Shown here piece after piece: positions 35,097 through 43,527 of a stretch of DNA of 64,000 bases. The stretch is from Candidatus Omnitrophota bacterium. Its GTDB lineage: Bacteria; Omnitrophota; Gorgyraeia; Duberdicusellales; 4484-171. A model generated the notes under the pieces. It had not been told where the DNA came from. It searched no databases and saw nothing but the letters and a program-made list of their open reading frames with translations. Location: NCBI GenBank assembly GCA_037146775.1, contig JBAWWL010000004.1, forward strand, positions 22,471-86,470, read 5' to 3'. Position 1 is the stretch's first letter. Each line of letters starts with the position of its first letter. Made by a program: the position numbers and the translations under genes.

Positions 35097-37053
35097 ATAG
35101 TTTTTTTAACGAAGTGCTTATAAATTCTCCCTTGAGGGGATTATAACCTTGATAGGCGATTAAAAAGTAGGCTGTAGCCGCCAGAGAACCTGTCCGGCTG
35201 CCCGAAGGCGTACGCCAGCCATGTCCAGTATCTACCGAGGCGGCTGAAGCATAAGGAAGACACGGCTCTTCCCTGCCGATCTTTGAAGGAGAAGTAATCA
35301 GCATTTTTTGCAATTCACCGAAATAGAATAGAGCCAACTTTGCATACGCATGATATTTATCTCGATTGGTATCTTTATAATAGTCGGCCATAATTTCAAA
35401 AGCTAAAATCATCTGGGCTGTCCATTCACACGATATAACCCCTCCCCTGGCAACGTGGCGAGACTTGGCAAAATCAAACCCGCGTACCGTAACGTCAGTT
35501 TCTTGACGGGGAAAAATAGTTTGAACCTCACAATTTTCTATGGCAAACTCCACGATCCTTTCCGGATTCATTTGCAGCGCTGCGAGTGCCTGCGGGCCAA
35601 ATGCCGTTATCGACCAGGTATAGGTATCGGTAGCTATTGTTGAATCTCCTTTACCCCGCATAACCGGCAACTCTTGGCTTGTGTAAGAATAACGTACAAT
35701 CCAGGACTGCACTTTTTGTGCGAGGCTACGATATTTTTCTTCTCCGGTTAACTCATAGAATAATGTAAAGAATGCAAAAGCATCCAGATTGTGTTCGGTC
35801 GCATACCAACTTTCGTTGGGCCCGCCCTTAATACCGCCTTCCTTGTCCATCATTTTTGTAAGAAAATCGGCTACGGCCTCAGCAAGAAAAATATACTTTT
35901 TACTCTTTGTTTGTTTCGTATATTGCAGACTCGCCAAGCCGATCCAAGCATTTGGCCCGCTATGCACCACGTATTCCGCCACGTCTCCGGCAGTATAATA
36001 TGCGTTATATATAGGCTCCTTATTCGCGATCTTACGTACATAAAAATCTAAAACAGCCTCTGCATTTTTTGTGTCGTGACCGATGAGAAAAGCGATTGCC
36101 GCCAATGCCTGGTCATAGGTAAAAGAAATTTTGTGCAAGTTGTTGTCGCCTTCGTAACTAAGCACAAGACCGCTTTTTATATCTTGGCGATTTTTTATCC
36201 AGCTATATACGCCTTCGAGTATCTTTTCCGAGACAGAAATCCTGGTTTTTTCTAAATCGCCGATTTCTTTCTTAAGAATACGAGTGGTCGCCTGCTGCTC
36301 CTTTTCTTTTGCTTCCAAGAATGTTCTTTCTCTGCGTAGGGCGGCGAGTTCGTTTTCCCGCTGAAAAATCTGCTCCTTTATGCTCGCTTGTTCATCCTGA
36401 TTCTTGGAGGCAGGACGAGACATTTGCTCGTGAAGACGCGCAATATTTTCCTCTATAACCTTGATGATCTCTCCAAGAGAGGCTGTTTCCTGTTTAAAAA
36501 ATAAGCCGCTTTTTTCCTGATGCGCTAATAGTGTTGTATACTGCGAACTTTTCGCAACAAGCGTAACATATTCGTTGACAAGTTCTCTATTGGCCCGAAT
36601 AAGCGCGAACGTTTTGAGCCCAAAAGAGAATGCCGAGAGAGAAAGAACAATTATGACCGTTGCAATTACCAGCGGCAGCGACTTTTTAAGGATGGCGTAA
36701 CGAAAAAGCACGCTGCGTTCTCTTTTATGCGAGGGGATAAATTCTAACCCTACGATATACTGGTTAAAATCTTTGAGTTTCTCTTGACTGGTCCAGGCAA
36801 CTTTGGCTTTTGTCGCAAGCGGTTTTTTTCTGAAAGGAACATGTATGTTAAGATGAAGCTGGGTGTTTTTGCAGTTTACTTTATCCCAGAACCCCCACCA
36901 AAGATCGTTCACCACAAGGCAGATGCCGCCCTTGCTAATATCCTGAGTAAAACCCTGGAACCACGGGGTAGTGCGCTTGCCCTGTTCGTCAATAACAAAA
37001 AATTCGACCGGCAAAACAGTGGTAATTCTAATATATTGTCTTCTGTTTTCCAT
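35056..37053 (-). CDS. PilZ-TM-coiled coil-(alpha/alpha) barrel glycoside-hydrolase-like protein
   Basis: NRRQYIR and DISKGG PilZ motifs; one TM; coiled coil; C-terminal TYDQALA, GPNAW, TEHNLD, EWTAQM helical repeats. Confidence 0.65.
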   Translation of the reverse strand: MENRRQYIRITTVLPVEFFVIDEQGKRTTPWFQGFTQDISKGGICLVVNDLWWGFWDKVNCKNTQLHLNIHVPFRKKPLATKAKVAWTSQEKLKDFNQYIVGLEFIPSHKRERSVLFRYAILKKSLPLVIATVIIVLSLSAFSFGLKTFALIRANRELVNEYVTLVAKSSQYTTLLAHQEKSGLFFKQETASLGEIIKVIEENIARLHEQMSRPASKNQDEQASIKEQIFQRENELAALRRERTFLEAKEKEQQATTRILKKEIGDLEKTRISVSEKILEGVYSWIKNRQDIKSGLVLSYEGDNNLHKISFTYDQALAAIAFLIGHDTKNAEAVLDFYVRKIANKEPIYNAYYTAGDVAEYVVHSGPNAWIGLASLQYTKQTKSKKYIFLAEAVADFLTKMMDKEGGIKGGPNESWYATEHNLDAFAFFTLFYELTGEEKYRSLAQKVQSWIVRYSYTSQELPVMRGKGDSTIATDTYTWSITAFGPQALAALQMNPERIVEFAIENCEVQTIFPRQETDVTVRGFDFAKSRHVARGGVISCEWTAQMILAFEIMADYYKDTNRDKYHAYAKLALFYFGELQKMLITSPSKIGREEPCLPYASAASVDTGHGWRTPSGSRTGSLAATAYFLIAYQGYNPLKGEFISTSLKKLYEKGFNQAAADTY

Positions 37054-37144
37054 TCCTTTTATGCCTGGAATCGCGTAAACATATGCACCATTATTCTTTA
37101 CGCAATATGGCTATCTCTGCATAGGAGTAACGCGTGGGGTGTCT

Positions 37145-37522
37145 TTAGGTTTTTTTTACCTTATGTACCTTATCAAAAAAATCGTGGAATTGGGAATGTT
37201 TACGCAGGTTGTCCAAATCAGGATCCTGCAAAATATACGGGATATCATCATAGCCGAATACTATTGCTTTCTTTAGTTCCCGCAAGGCATGGTCAATTTC
37301 GCCCGTGAGCGATAAACTGCAGGCCAGATTGTAGCGAACGACTGGGTCCTCTGGTTTGAGTTTAACTAACTTTTTATCCACCTCCAAACCTTCCTGATAA
37401 AATCCCCTACGCGTGTAAGCGTCACCTAAAGAAATAAGCGCTTGCACAAAGTTTGGTTTTTTTTCTAACAACCCTTCGTAAAATTTTATTTCAAAATCCT
37501 TTTTTCTTTTTTTCGGCATCAC
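37145..37522 (-). CDS. small TPR protein
   Basis: LGDAYT, YNLACSLS, DPDLDNLR. Confidence 0.75.
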   Translation of the reverse strand: MMPKKRKKDFEIKFYEGLLEKKPNFVQALISLGDAYTRRGFYQEGLEVDKKLVKLKPEDPVVRYNLACSLSLTGEIDHALRELKKAIVFGYDDIPYILQDPDLDNLRKHSQFHDFFDKVHKVKKT

Positions 37523-39869
37523 GAGTCATGCTCCTTTCTAAAATAGCTTCTTCCCGTAAAAGATATAATACCTCTTCCAGATGTTTTTTAAATTCTTTGT
37601 ATTCGGTAATTTCCACAAATCTTTTCTTTATGGCAAATTCCCGTTGAAAATCGAGAGTATTGCCGGACTGAGCATACGATGCGCTGAAGGTAAACCATGG
37701 AGTAATCACCTGCTGGTTCTGCGGAAGGTATTTTATCCGTAAAGTCGTGGGAAGATTTATTTTCACCCGGGAAACTTCTCTAAAAAGCCCGTTGAACTCT
37801 ATGGGATACTTACGATCTTCCTTACCAAGATATGAGGTATCAACGTCAACATCGTTAAGCGGAGGAACAATGCGTAAGTTCTGGGCGGGGTTCAAAAACT
37901 TCTTTGCTTGAAAGCGGTATTGTAAAACCGGGGTCTTGTCAAAATCATCTTCATAAATAATACGGTAATCAAACAGTTTAGAAAAAGGGTTAATCTGTGT
38001 CATTCTTCTTTGGATGTCTTCTTTGATGGTTTGCGGATGCGTATTTTTTAAGTAATAGCGCTGGAAGGCAGCAAAAAAACCTTTTGTATTCACTGTTCGC
38101 TCTATAAGAGCGTCTTCCGCTTCGTCGATCGTAATCGTCATCTCATAACTGGCTTCATTATCGCTTATCTGAGGAGTAGATACAATCTTGTATCCGTCGT
38201 CCAAAATCACTAAAACATTCCTTTCCTGGTCGTCGAGCGGCAAATCGAACAACGGTACGGTCGAAGCGGTGGCATCCATAAAAATAAGTTCATTGTTATA
38301 GTCAAGGGCGGCAATCGCATGGTTAAAATACACCGTAGGAAAATTTTCTTCGATAGGATAAATTTGCCGCGTAGGGATCAACACGGGGTATGCCTTAAGG
38401 CCGGCCTCTCGCAGCATGCCAACCAACAGTATAGCTTTATCCTTACAGTCTCCGTAGCGATTAACAAATATTTCGTCTGCCCGATGCGGCTCGTGGCCGC
38501 TTTCTCCGTACTCAACCGCTACATAACGTATATTTTTTGTGCAGAATTCGTAAATTTTTTTTGCTTTTTCTAAATCGTTTTTTGTACCTTTGGTAAGTTC
38601 CTTTACAAATGCTTTCAATTCGGAATTCAAAATTATTTTATCTTTGTATAAGTTAAACCACCAACGATAGATTTCATCCCATGATGTAAAGTTTGAAATA
38701 CTGACAGCCGGATTAATTAAAGACAGTTCGGGCATGTTCGGTTCGGGAATAATAGGCGACACCTCTTGCCATTGCCAGCTATAGATCGTTTTCCCCGGTT
38801 GCTCTTCTTTTGTCGGCTCAAGCGATATGTCTTTAGCATATTGTTCGTTGAAGAATTTTTTGCGCACGACCGATTTTTGAGGAATCGTCAGCCGAAAACG
38901 TGCTTTTGCGATCGGATAACGCTGGCGCACATCATACACAAACGCAAATTTGTCCTCTTTAATCAGTTTGGAAGAATAGATTTTGGCTTTATATTCAATA
39001 ATCGAGCCCACGTCTACCGAAGGCATGGAGATAATAAAAACTCTCGCATTACTATAGAGAGGGAAATTCAAGTATTTACTCACATCCCGGATATTGCTCT
39101 CTCCGGCATACACCATTTTACCGTCAGCGGTGATCGTACGTGCATACTCGAGCTCGACCCTCTCGTCGGTGGAATCATAATCAATCTGAACTTCCGCCAA
39201 CTCTTTACCTTTTTCTTTCAACACCTTTTGCAGAATATAGATAGTGGCGACCGAGGTATTATCTTCCTTAACCTCAATTGCCTCGTCCATTAAAAGAGTG
39301 ACTGCTTCTTCTTTATCTACACGCGAAACAAAATTCTCCTCCTGCCGTAGAAGCATTTTAATGTCCTCGGGAATCTGCTCTTCAACCTTCGTGCCAATCT
39401 TTGCGAGACGTTCATCACCCAATTGTTTAAAAGGCGGTTTTAGTTTTTTATATATCGCGACAGCCTTAGGGAAAAGGTTTTGCTCTTCCAGGGCTTTGCC
39501 ATACCAATATAGGTATTCGCTATCCTCCCGTTCTCCCACTTGCTGAAAAAGCTCAAGCGCCTGATTATAATTTTTCTCTTTGGCGTATGTTTTAGCGAGC
39601 ATGATTTTCGCGGTGGTATCGTTACTATCTTTCAGGAGAGATTTAACTTTTTGAAAATCATTAAAATTATAATAGAATTGGGCTAACCGAAGCCGTAAGG
39701 CAGTATCGCGAGGATTTTTTGCAAGAAGCACCTCATAATGGGCGGTACTTTTTTCATAGTCTTTAGAAACGGTGTCCAGCGCGGGACTACATCCGGCGCA
39801 CAGCAGCGCGAGTAGTATGCCGATACCCACACCACACGAGCCCACTATTTGTTTTCCTCGATAGCTCAT
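37491..39869 (-). CDS. TPR + DUF3857 + transglutaminase-like lipoprotein
   Basis: Lipobox LLCAGC, TPRs, IRYVAVEYG, GDCKDKA, FNHAI, MDAT triad; start moved to MSYRGK. Confidence 0.82.
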   Translation of the reverse strand: MSYRGKQIVGSCGVGIGILLALLCAGCSPALDTVSKDYEKSTAHYEVLLAKNPRDTALRLRLAQFYYNFNDFQKVKSLLKDSNDTTAKIMLAKTYAKEKNYNQALELFQQVGEREDSEYLYWYGKALEEQNLFPKAVAIYKKLKPPFKQLGDERLAKIGTKVEEQIPEDIKMLLRQEENFVSRVDKEEAVTLLMDEAIEVKEDNTSVATIYILQKVLKEKGKELAEVQIDYDSTDERVELEYARTITADGKMVYAGESNIRDVSKYLNFPLYSNARVFIISMPSVDVGSIIEYKAKIYSSKLIKEDKFAFVYDVRQRYPIAKARFRLTIPQKSVVRKKFFNEQYAKDISLEPTKEEQPGKTIYSWQWQEVSPIIPEPNMPELSLINPAVSISNFTSWDEIYRWWFNLYKDKIILNSELKAFVKELTKGTKNDLEKAKKIYEFCTKNIRYVAVEYGESGHEPHRADEIFVNRYGDCKDKAILLVGMLREAGLKAYPVLIPTRQIYPIEENFPTVYFNHAIAALDYNNELIFMDATASTVPLFDLPLDDQERNVLVILDDGYKIVSTPQISDNEASYEMTITIDEAEDALIERTVNTKGFFAAFQRYYLKNTHPQTIKEDIQRRMTQINPFSKLFDYRIIYEDDFDKTPVLQYRFQAKKFLNPAQNLRIVPPLNDVDVDTSYLGKEDRKYPIEFNGLFREVSRVKINLPTTLRIKYLPQNQQVITPWFTFSASYAQSGNTLDFQREFAIKKRFVEITEYKEFKKHLEEVLYLLREEAILERSMTRDAEKKKKGF

Positions 39870-39908
39870 AATTATACACATAATGTTTAGTGATAGCACA
39901 AAATAACT

Positions 39909-40205
39909 CTAAGCGATTATTTTGAGAACATCTCTAATGGCTTGCCCCTTATAAATACCCAATTGCTTTGCGGGATACGTACAAGAGTGGACACATGCTT
40001 TTAGGGCATCTCCGACAGTAGACACCCCTGTTATTTTTATTGCCACATCTTGAAAAGTATTTGCCACTTTCAAGTTTAAATAACCGCACATCACATACCC
40101 TTTACGGCCCTTAATCACAATAAGATTCTTGGCCTGTAAAGGCATGAAAGCCGCCCAAAGCGTATGTTTTCCGATGATAATTTTTTTTACCGTTATTTTA
40201 CTCAT
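39909..40205 (-). CDS. DUF1805 (YunC-like) protein
   Basis: KGYVMCGYLN...A.KITGV...A..LGI..G. Confidence 0.8.
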   Translation of the reverse strand: MSKITVKKIIIGKHTLWAAFMPLQAKNLIVIKGRKGYVMCGYLNLKVANTFQDVAIKITGVSTVGDALKACVHSCTYPAKQLGIYKGQAIRDVLKIIA

Positions 40206-40421
40206 GATCGTGGCATATTGCCCGAGGTCCGCTCTGGCCTTTTATCGAGCATTCACCTTGCGCGGTGTCACCATGAACCATTCGCACACTTTACCTATAT
40301 GTATATTGAAGCTTTATTATCAACACTGTCGCGTTGCCAAAGAAGAGAACCATGATTTTACTGGATATCTGCGCTAAGACGCCAAAAACTAAAGGCCAAG
40401 CTATGTGCAGCCCGGAAAACT

Positions 40422-41582
40422 TTATTGCAATTTTTTCAAAAATTTCTCTATCGCAATCACTGCCTGTTTCAGTTCGTCCAACGAAGTGGCATACGAGATA
40501 CGGATATACGAGTCATATTCTTTACCAAACGCTCTGCCGGGAACCACCGCTACTTTTTCTTCGAAAAGAAGACGTTTGGCAAAATCCATTGAATTGATTT
40601 TGAAATTTTTTATCGAAGCAAAACAGTAAAAGGCACCTTGCGGCCGGTCGAGAGAAAAACCCAGCCGCTTCAATTCTCTTACCATAAAATCCCTTCTGCG
40701 TTTATAATCGAGCCTCATCTGGACTACTTCCTTTTGTGCTTTAAGAGCCTCATTCGCAGCTACCTGAGAAATAACAGATGCGCACATCATGGAAAAAGAA
40801 TGTACCTTAGTCATCGCGGCAATAATTTGTTCATGAGCGCACGCATAACCGATGCGAAAACCGGTCATTGCGTAAGCCTTTGAAAAACCGTTGAGTAAAA
40901 TTGTCCTTTCTTGAGCTTTCTTATCCAGAGAGGCAAAGCAGGTGTGCCTGCCTTCATACATCAGTTCTTCATACACTTCGTCGCTGATAACAATGGTTTC
41001 CTTACGTTTGATGACGTTCCAAATCCTTTGCAATTCTCCCCGCGTATACGCCGTTCCGGTAGGATTGGAAGGATTATTCAAAATAATGGCTTTGGGCTGC
41101 TGCGACATAAGCGCTTGTAATTTTTTTACATCAATCTTAAATCCTTCCTCTTCCCGCGTCGGCAAATAAAGCACGCGGCCGCCGATGATTTCCGTCAAGG
41201 CGGGATAAGCGACAAAATACGGACTTATCACGATTACCTTATCCCTGGGCTCCAAAATAGCGCGCAGGGCCAGATCCAACCCTTCACTTACGCCCACGGT
41301 AATTAATATTTCTGTGTCCGGATTATAAGAAAGCGCGTGTTTTTTTTCTAAAAAATTGGCGATGCTTTGGCGTAAAACAAACAACCCTTTATTTGAGGTA
41401 TAAGATGTAAACCCCTCTTCCAAGGCCGTAATCGCCCGCTCCCTGGCTCTCCATGGTGCGATGAAATCCGGCTCGCCCACACCCAGAGAAATAACATCAG
41501 GCATCCCTAATACTAAATCAAAAAATTCACGAATGCCTGATGGAGCCACTTTTTCGATATGTTTTGCGATCGTATTTTTCAT
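40422..41582 (-). CDS. class I/II aminotransferase (YugH/AlaT-like)
   Basis: SGIREFFD, GEPDF, NPSNPTG, SDEVY, SKAYAMTGFRIG. Confidence 0.92.
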   Translation of the reverse strand: MKNTIAKHIEKVAPSGIREFFDLVLGMPDVISLGVGEPDFIAPWRARERAITALEEGFTSYTSNKGLFVLRQSIANFLEKKHALSYNPDTEILITVGVSEGLDLALRAILEPRDKVIVISPYFVAYPALTEIIGGRVLYLPTREEEGFKIDVKKLQALMSQQPKAIILNNPSNPTGTAYTRGELQRIWNVIKRKETIVISDEVYEELMYEGRHTCFASLDKKAQERTILLNGFSKAYAMTGFRIGYACAHEQIIAAMTKVHSFSMMCASVISQVAANEALKAQKEVVQMRLDYKRRRDFMVRELKRLGFSLDRPQGAFYCFASIKNFKINSMDFAKRLLFEEKVAVVPGRAFGKEYDSYIRISYATSLDELKQAVIAIEKFLKKLQ

Positions 41583-41588
41583 GGGAAA

Positions 41589-41639
41589 GTTCTAAGTTCA
41601 ATGTCCGAAGTTCAACGTTTTTGTCTCTTGGCGTTGAAC
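41589..41639. repeat. intergenic 7-bp GTTCAA array with short inverted arm, family C
   Basis: gttctaa gttcaat gtccgaa gttcaac ... cgttgaac. Confidence 0.6.
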
Positions 41640-41640
41640 G

Positions 41641-42123
41641 TCAATAAGTAATTGCTAACCGCTTATTCTTCTCGCCTTGCGTTAAAATTATGCCGTCCTC
41701 TTTGTATTTTTTCAGCATAAAATGCGTAACAGTCCCTTTTACCGTACTTAAGGGAGATAACTTTTCCGAAACAAACCCCGCCACCGTGTGCATGTTTTTT
41801 CCTTCTACAATGAGCAGCAAATCGTAGGTTCCGGATATAAGATAACAAGTTTTGACTTCAGGAAATTTATATATCCGTTCCGCCACTAAATCAAAGCCGA
41901 CGTCTTTTTGCGGGCTGACTCTTACTTCGATTAATGCGATAATACCGTTTTCATTTTTTATTTTCGCTTTATTAATCATGGTCTTATATTTTATAATGAC
42001 ACCTTTTTTCTCATACTGCGCGATTGATTTCTCAAGCTCTTTTTTACTTTTTCCGGTAAGTTTTTCCAAGTCTTCTAAAGAAATACGGGCGTTAGCTTCT
42101 AAGATCTCTAATATCTCATCCAT
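41641..42123 (-). CDS. Lrp/AsnC family regulator (YugG/AlaR-like)
   Basis: N-terminal HTH; SGTYDL, THFMLKKYK; paired with the aminotransferase. Confidence 0.9.
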   Translation of the reverse strand: MDEILEILEANARISLEDLEKLTGKSKKELEKSIAQYEKKGVIIKYKTMINKAKIKNENGIIALIEVRVSPQKDVGFDLVAERIYKFPEVKTCYLISGTYDLLLIVEGKNMHTVAGFVSEKLSPLSTVKGTVTHFMLKKYKEDGIILTQGEKNKRLAITY

Positions 42124-42143
42124 AATTGCCTCCTTTTTTCCCT

Positions 42144-42172
42144 ATTGTAAATAAATAAAGGGCTCTTGTAAA
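42144..42172 (-). promoter_or_regulatory. sigma70-type promoter for lrp-aminotransferase
   Basis: TTTACA-17 bp-TACAAT. Confidence 0.55.
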
Positions 42173-42183
42173 GACAATTCCGC

Positions 42184-43278
42184 TCAAGCGGGACGGCCAT
42201 AGGCGTGCCAAATACGGCAGCTGCCCTCAAAAGAAACCATACAAGGACCGAGAGGATTGTCCGGCGAACAAGCATGGGCAAACTGAGGACATTGAAATGG
42301 TGTTATTTTTCCTTTTACAACCTCTGCGCAAAGACACTCTTTTTTTTGTTTTGGCTCAGTACAGGCCGCCTTTGACAATAAACGAATTGCATCAAATGTT
42401 TTATAGCTATCTCTTAGGACTAACCCGCTTTTTTTAATCTTCCCGAAGCCCCGCCACGAAGCGTCTGACACGGTAAAAACCTGATCAACAATTTTACGCG
42501 CCACAGGGTTACCTTCCGGCTGAACAACCCGGCTATATTCATTTTCCACGCAAGGTGAGTCATTTTTGAGCTGTTTTAATAACATATACATGGCTACCAC
42601 CATATCCAGCGGTTCGAAACCGCAGATCACGCAACCTTTATGGAAACGCCGAGCAATAACCCGATAGGGCTTTGTTCCGATCACTACCGAAACATGCCCC
42701 GGACAAATAAAACCGTCTACTTTTATATCGCGATCTTTACATAGCTCCTTCATAGCCGGGGGAATCAGACGGTGAGAACAAAGCGCAAACACATTTTTCA
42801 GCTTTTGTTCCCGTGCTTCTTTAATGACCAAAGCGGTCAAGGGAGCTGTTGTTTCGAAACCAACCGCCAAAAATATAGCTCTCTTTTGCGGATGTGCGCG
42901 CGCAATATCAAGAACCTGTGCGGGCGAATACACTATTTCGATATGGCCACCACGGGCACGCTCATCCTCCAAGGAAGATTGCGTTCCTTTTACCCGTATT
43001 AAATCTCCGAATGTCGCTATGATGTTACGTTTATCTCTCGCCAAAGCCACTGCCTGGTCGATAAACGTGTCCTCGGTGATACATACCGGACACCCCGGCC
43101 CGGAGAGGAGCTGAACCGAAGGCGGAACGATATTGCGCAAACCGAATCGGAAAAAAGTATAGGTATGAGTTCCGCACACTTCCATCAGCCGCACCGTTCT
43201 TTTAATGCGTAAAGCCTCTATACGGCGGATAATTTCTTTTATAGCGTGTTTATTTCTTAGAAATTTTTCGTAGAGCAT
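42184..43278 (-). CDS. hypD: hydrogenase maturation protein HypD
   Basis: EVCGTH, GPGCPVC, GFETT, PGHVS, GPCMVS.EG.C. Confidence 0.96.
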   Translation of the reverse strand: MLYEKFLRNKHAIKEIIRRIEALRIKRTVRLMEVCGTHTYTFFRFGLRNIVPPSVQLLSGPGCPVCITEDTFIDQAVALARDKRNIIATFGDLIRVKGTQSSLEDERARGGHIEIVYSPAQVLDIARAHPQKRAIFLAVGFETTAPLTALVIKEAREQKLKNVFALCSHRLIPPAMKELCKDRDIKVDGFICPGHVSVVIGTKPYRVIARRFHKGCVICGFEPLDMVVAMYMLLKQLKNDSPCVENEYSRVVQPEGNPVARKIVDQVFTVSDASWRGFGKIKKSGLVLRDSYKTFDAIRLLSKAACTEPKQKKECLCAEVVKGKITPFQCPQFAHACSPDNPLGPCMVSFEGSCRIWHAYGRPA

Positions 43279-43486
43279 TTTTATATTCCCTAACGTAGCG
43301 TAACGTATCTTTTACCATTTCCGGTTTAAATTTTTCTATAGCGAACCCGGCATGCACCATGACATATTCTCCTACCTGTAAATCTTTCATGAGACCAATA
43401 TTGATTTTTTTTCTAATACCGTCGGCGTCAACGATAGCACCGTCAGCTTTGATATCAACGACCTTCATTGGATATGCTAAACACAT
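43250..43486 (-). CDS. hypC: hydrogenase chaperone HypC
   Basis: MCLAYP, VGEYVMVHAGFAI. Confidence 0.95.
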   Translation of the reverse strand: MCLAYPMKVVDIKADGAIVDADGIRKKINIGLMKDLQVGEYVMVHAGFAIEKFKPEMVKDTLRYVREYKNALRKISKK

Positions 43487-43527
43487 TTTTTATTCCTTTT
43501 TTTAGTGTAGATAAATATACGTGTATC

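Noticed and set aside
40206-40421. Possible small gene or RNA between the DUF1805 gene and the aminotransferase
   Set aside because: Only weak plus-strand ORFs overlapping neighbours and no clear structure
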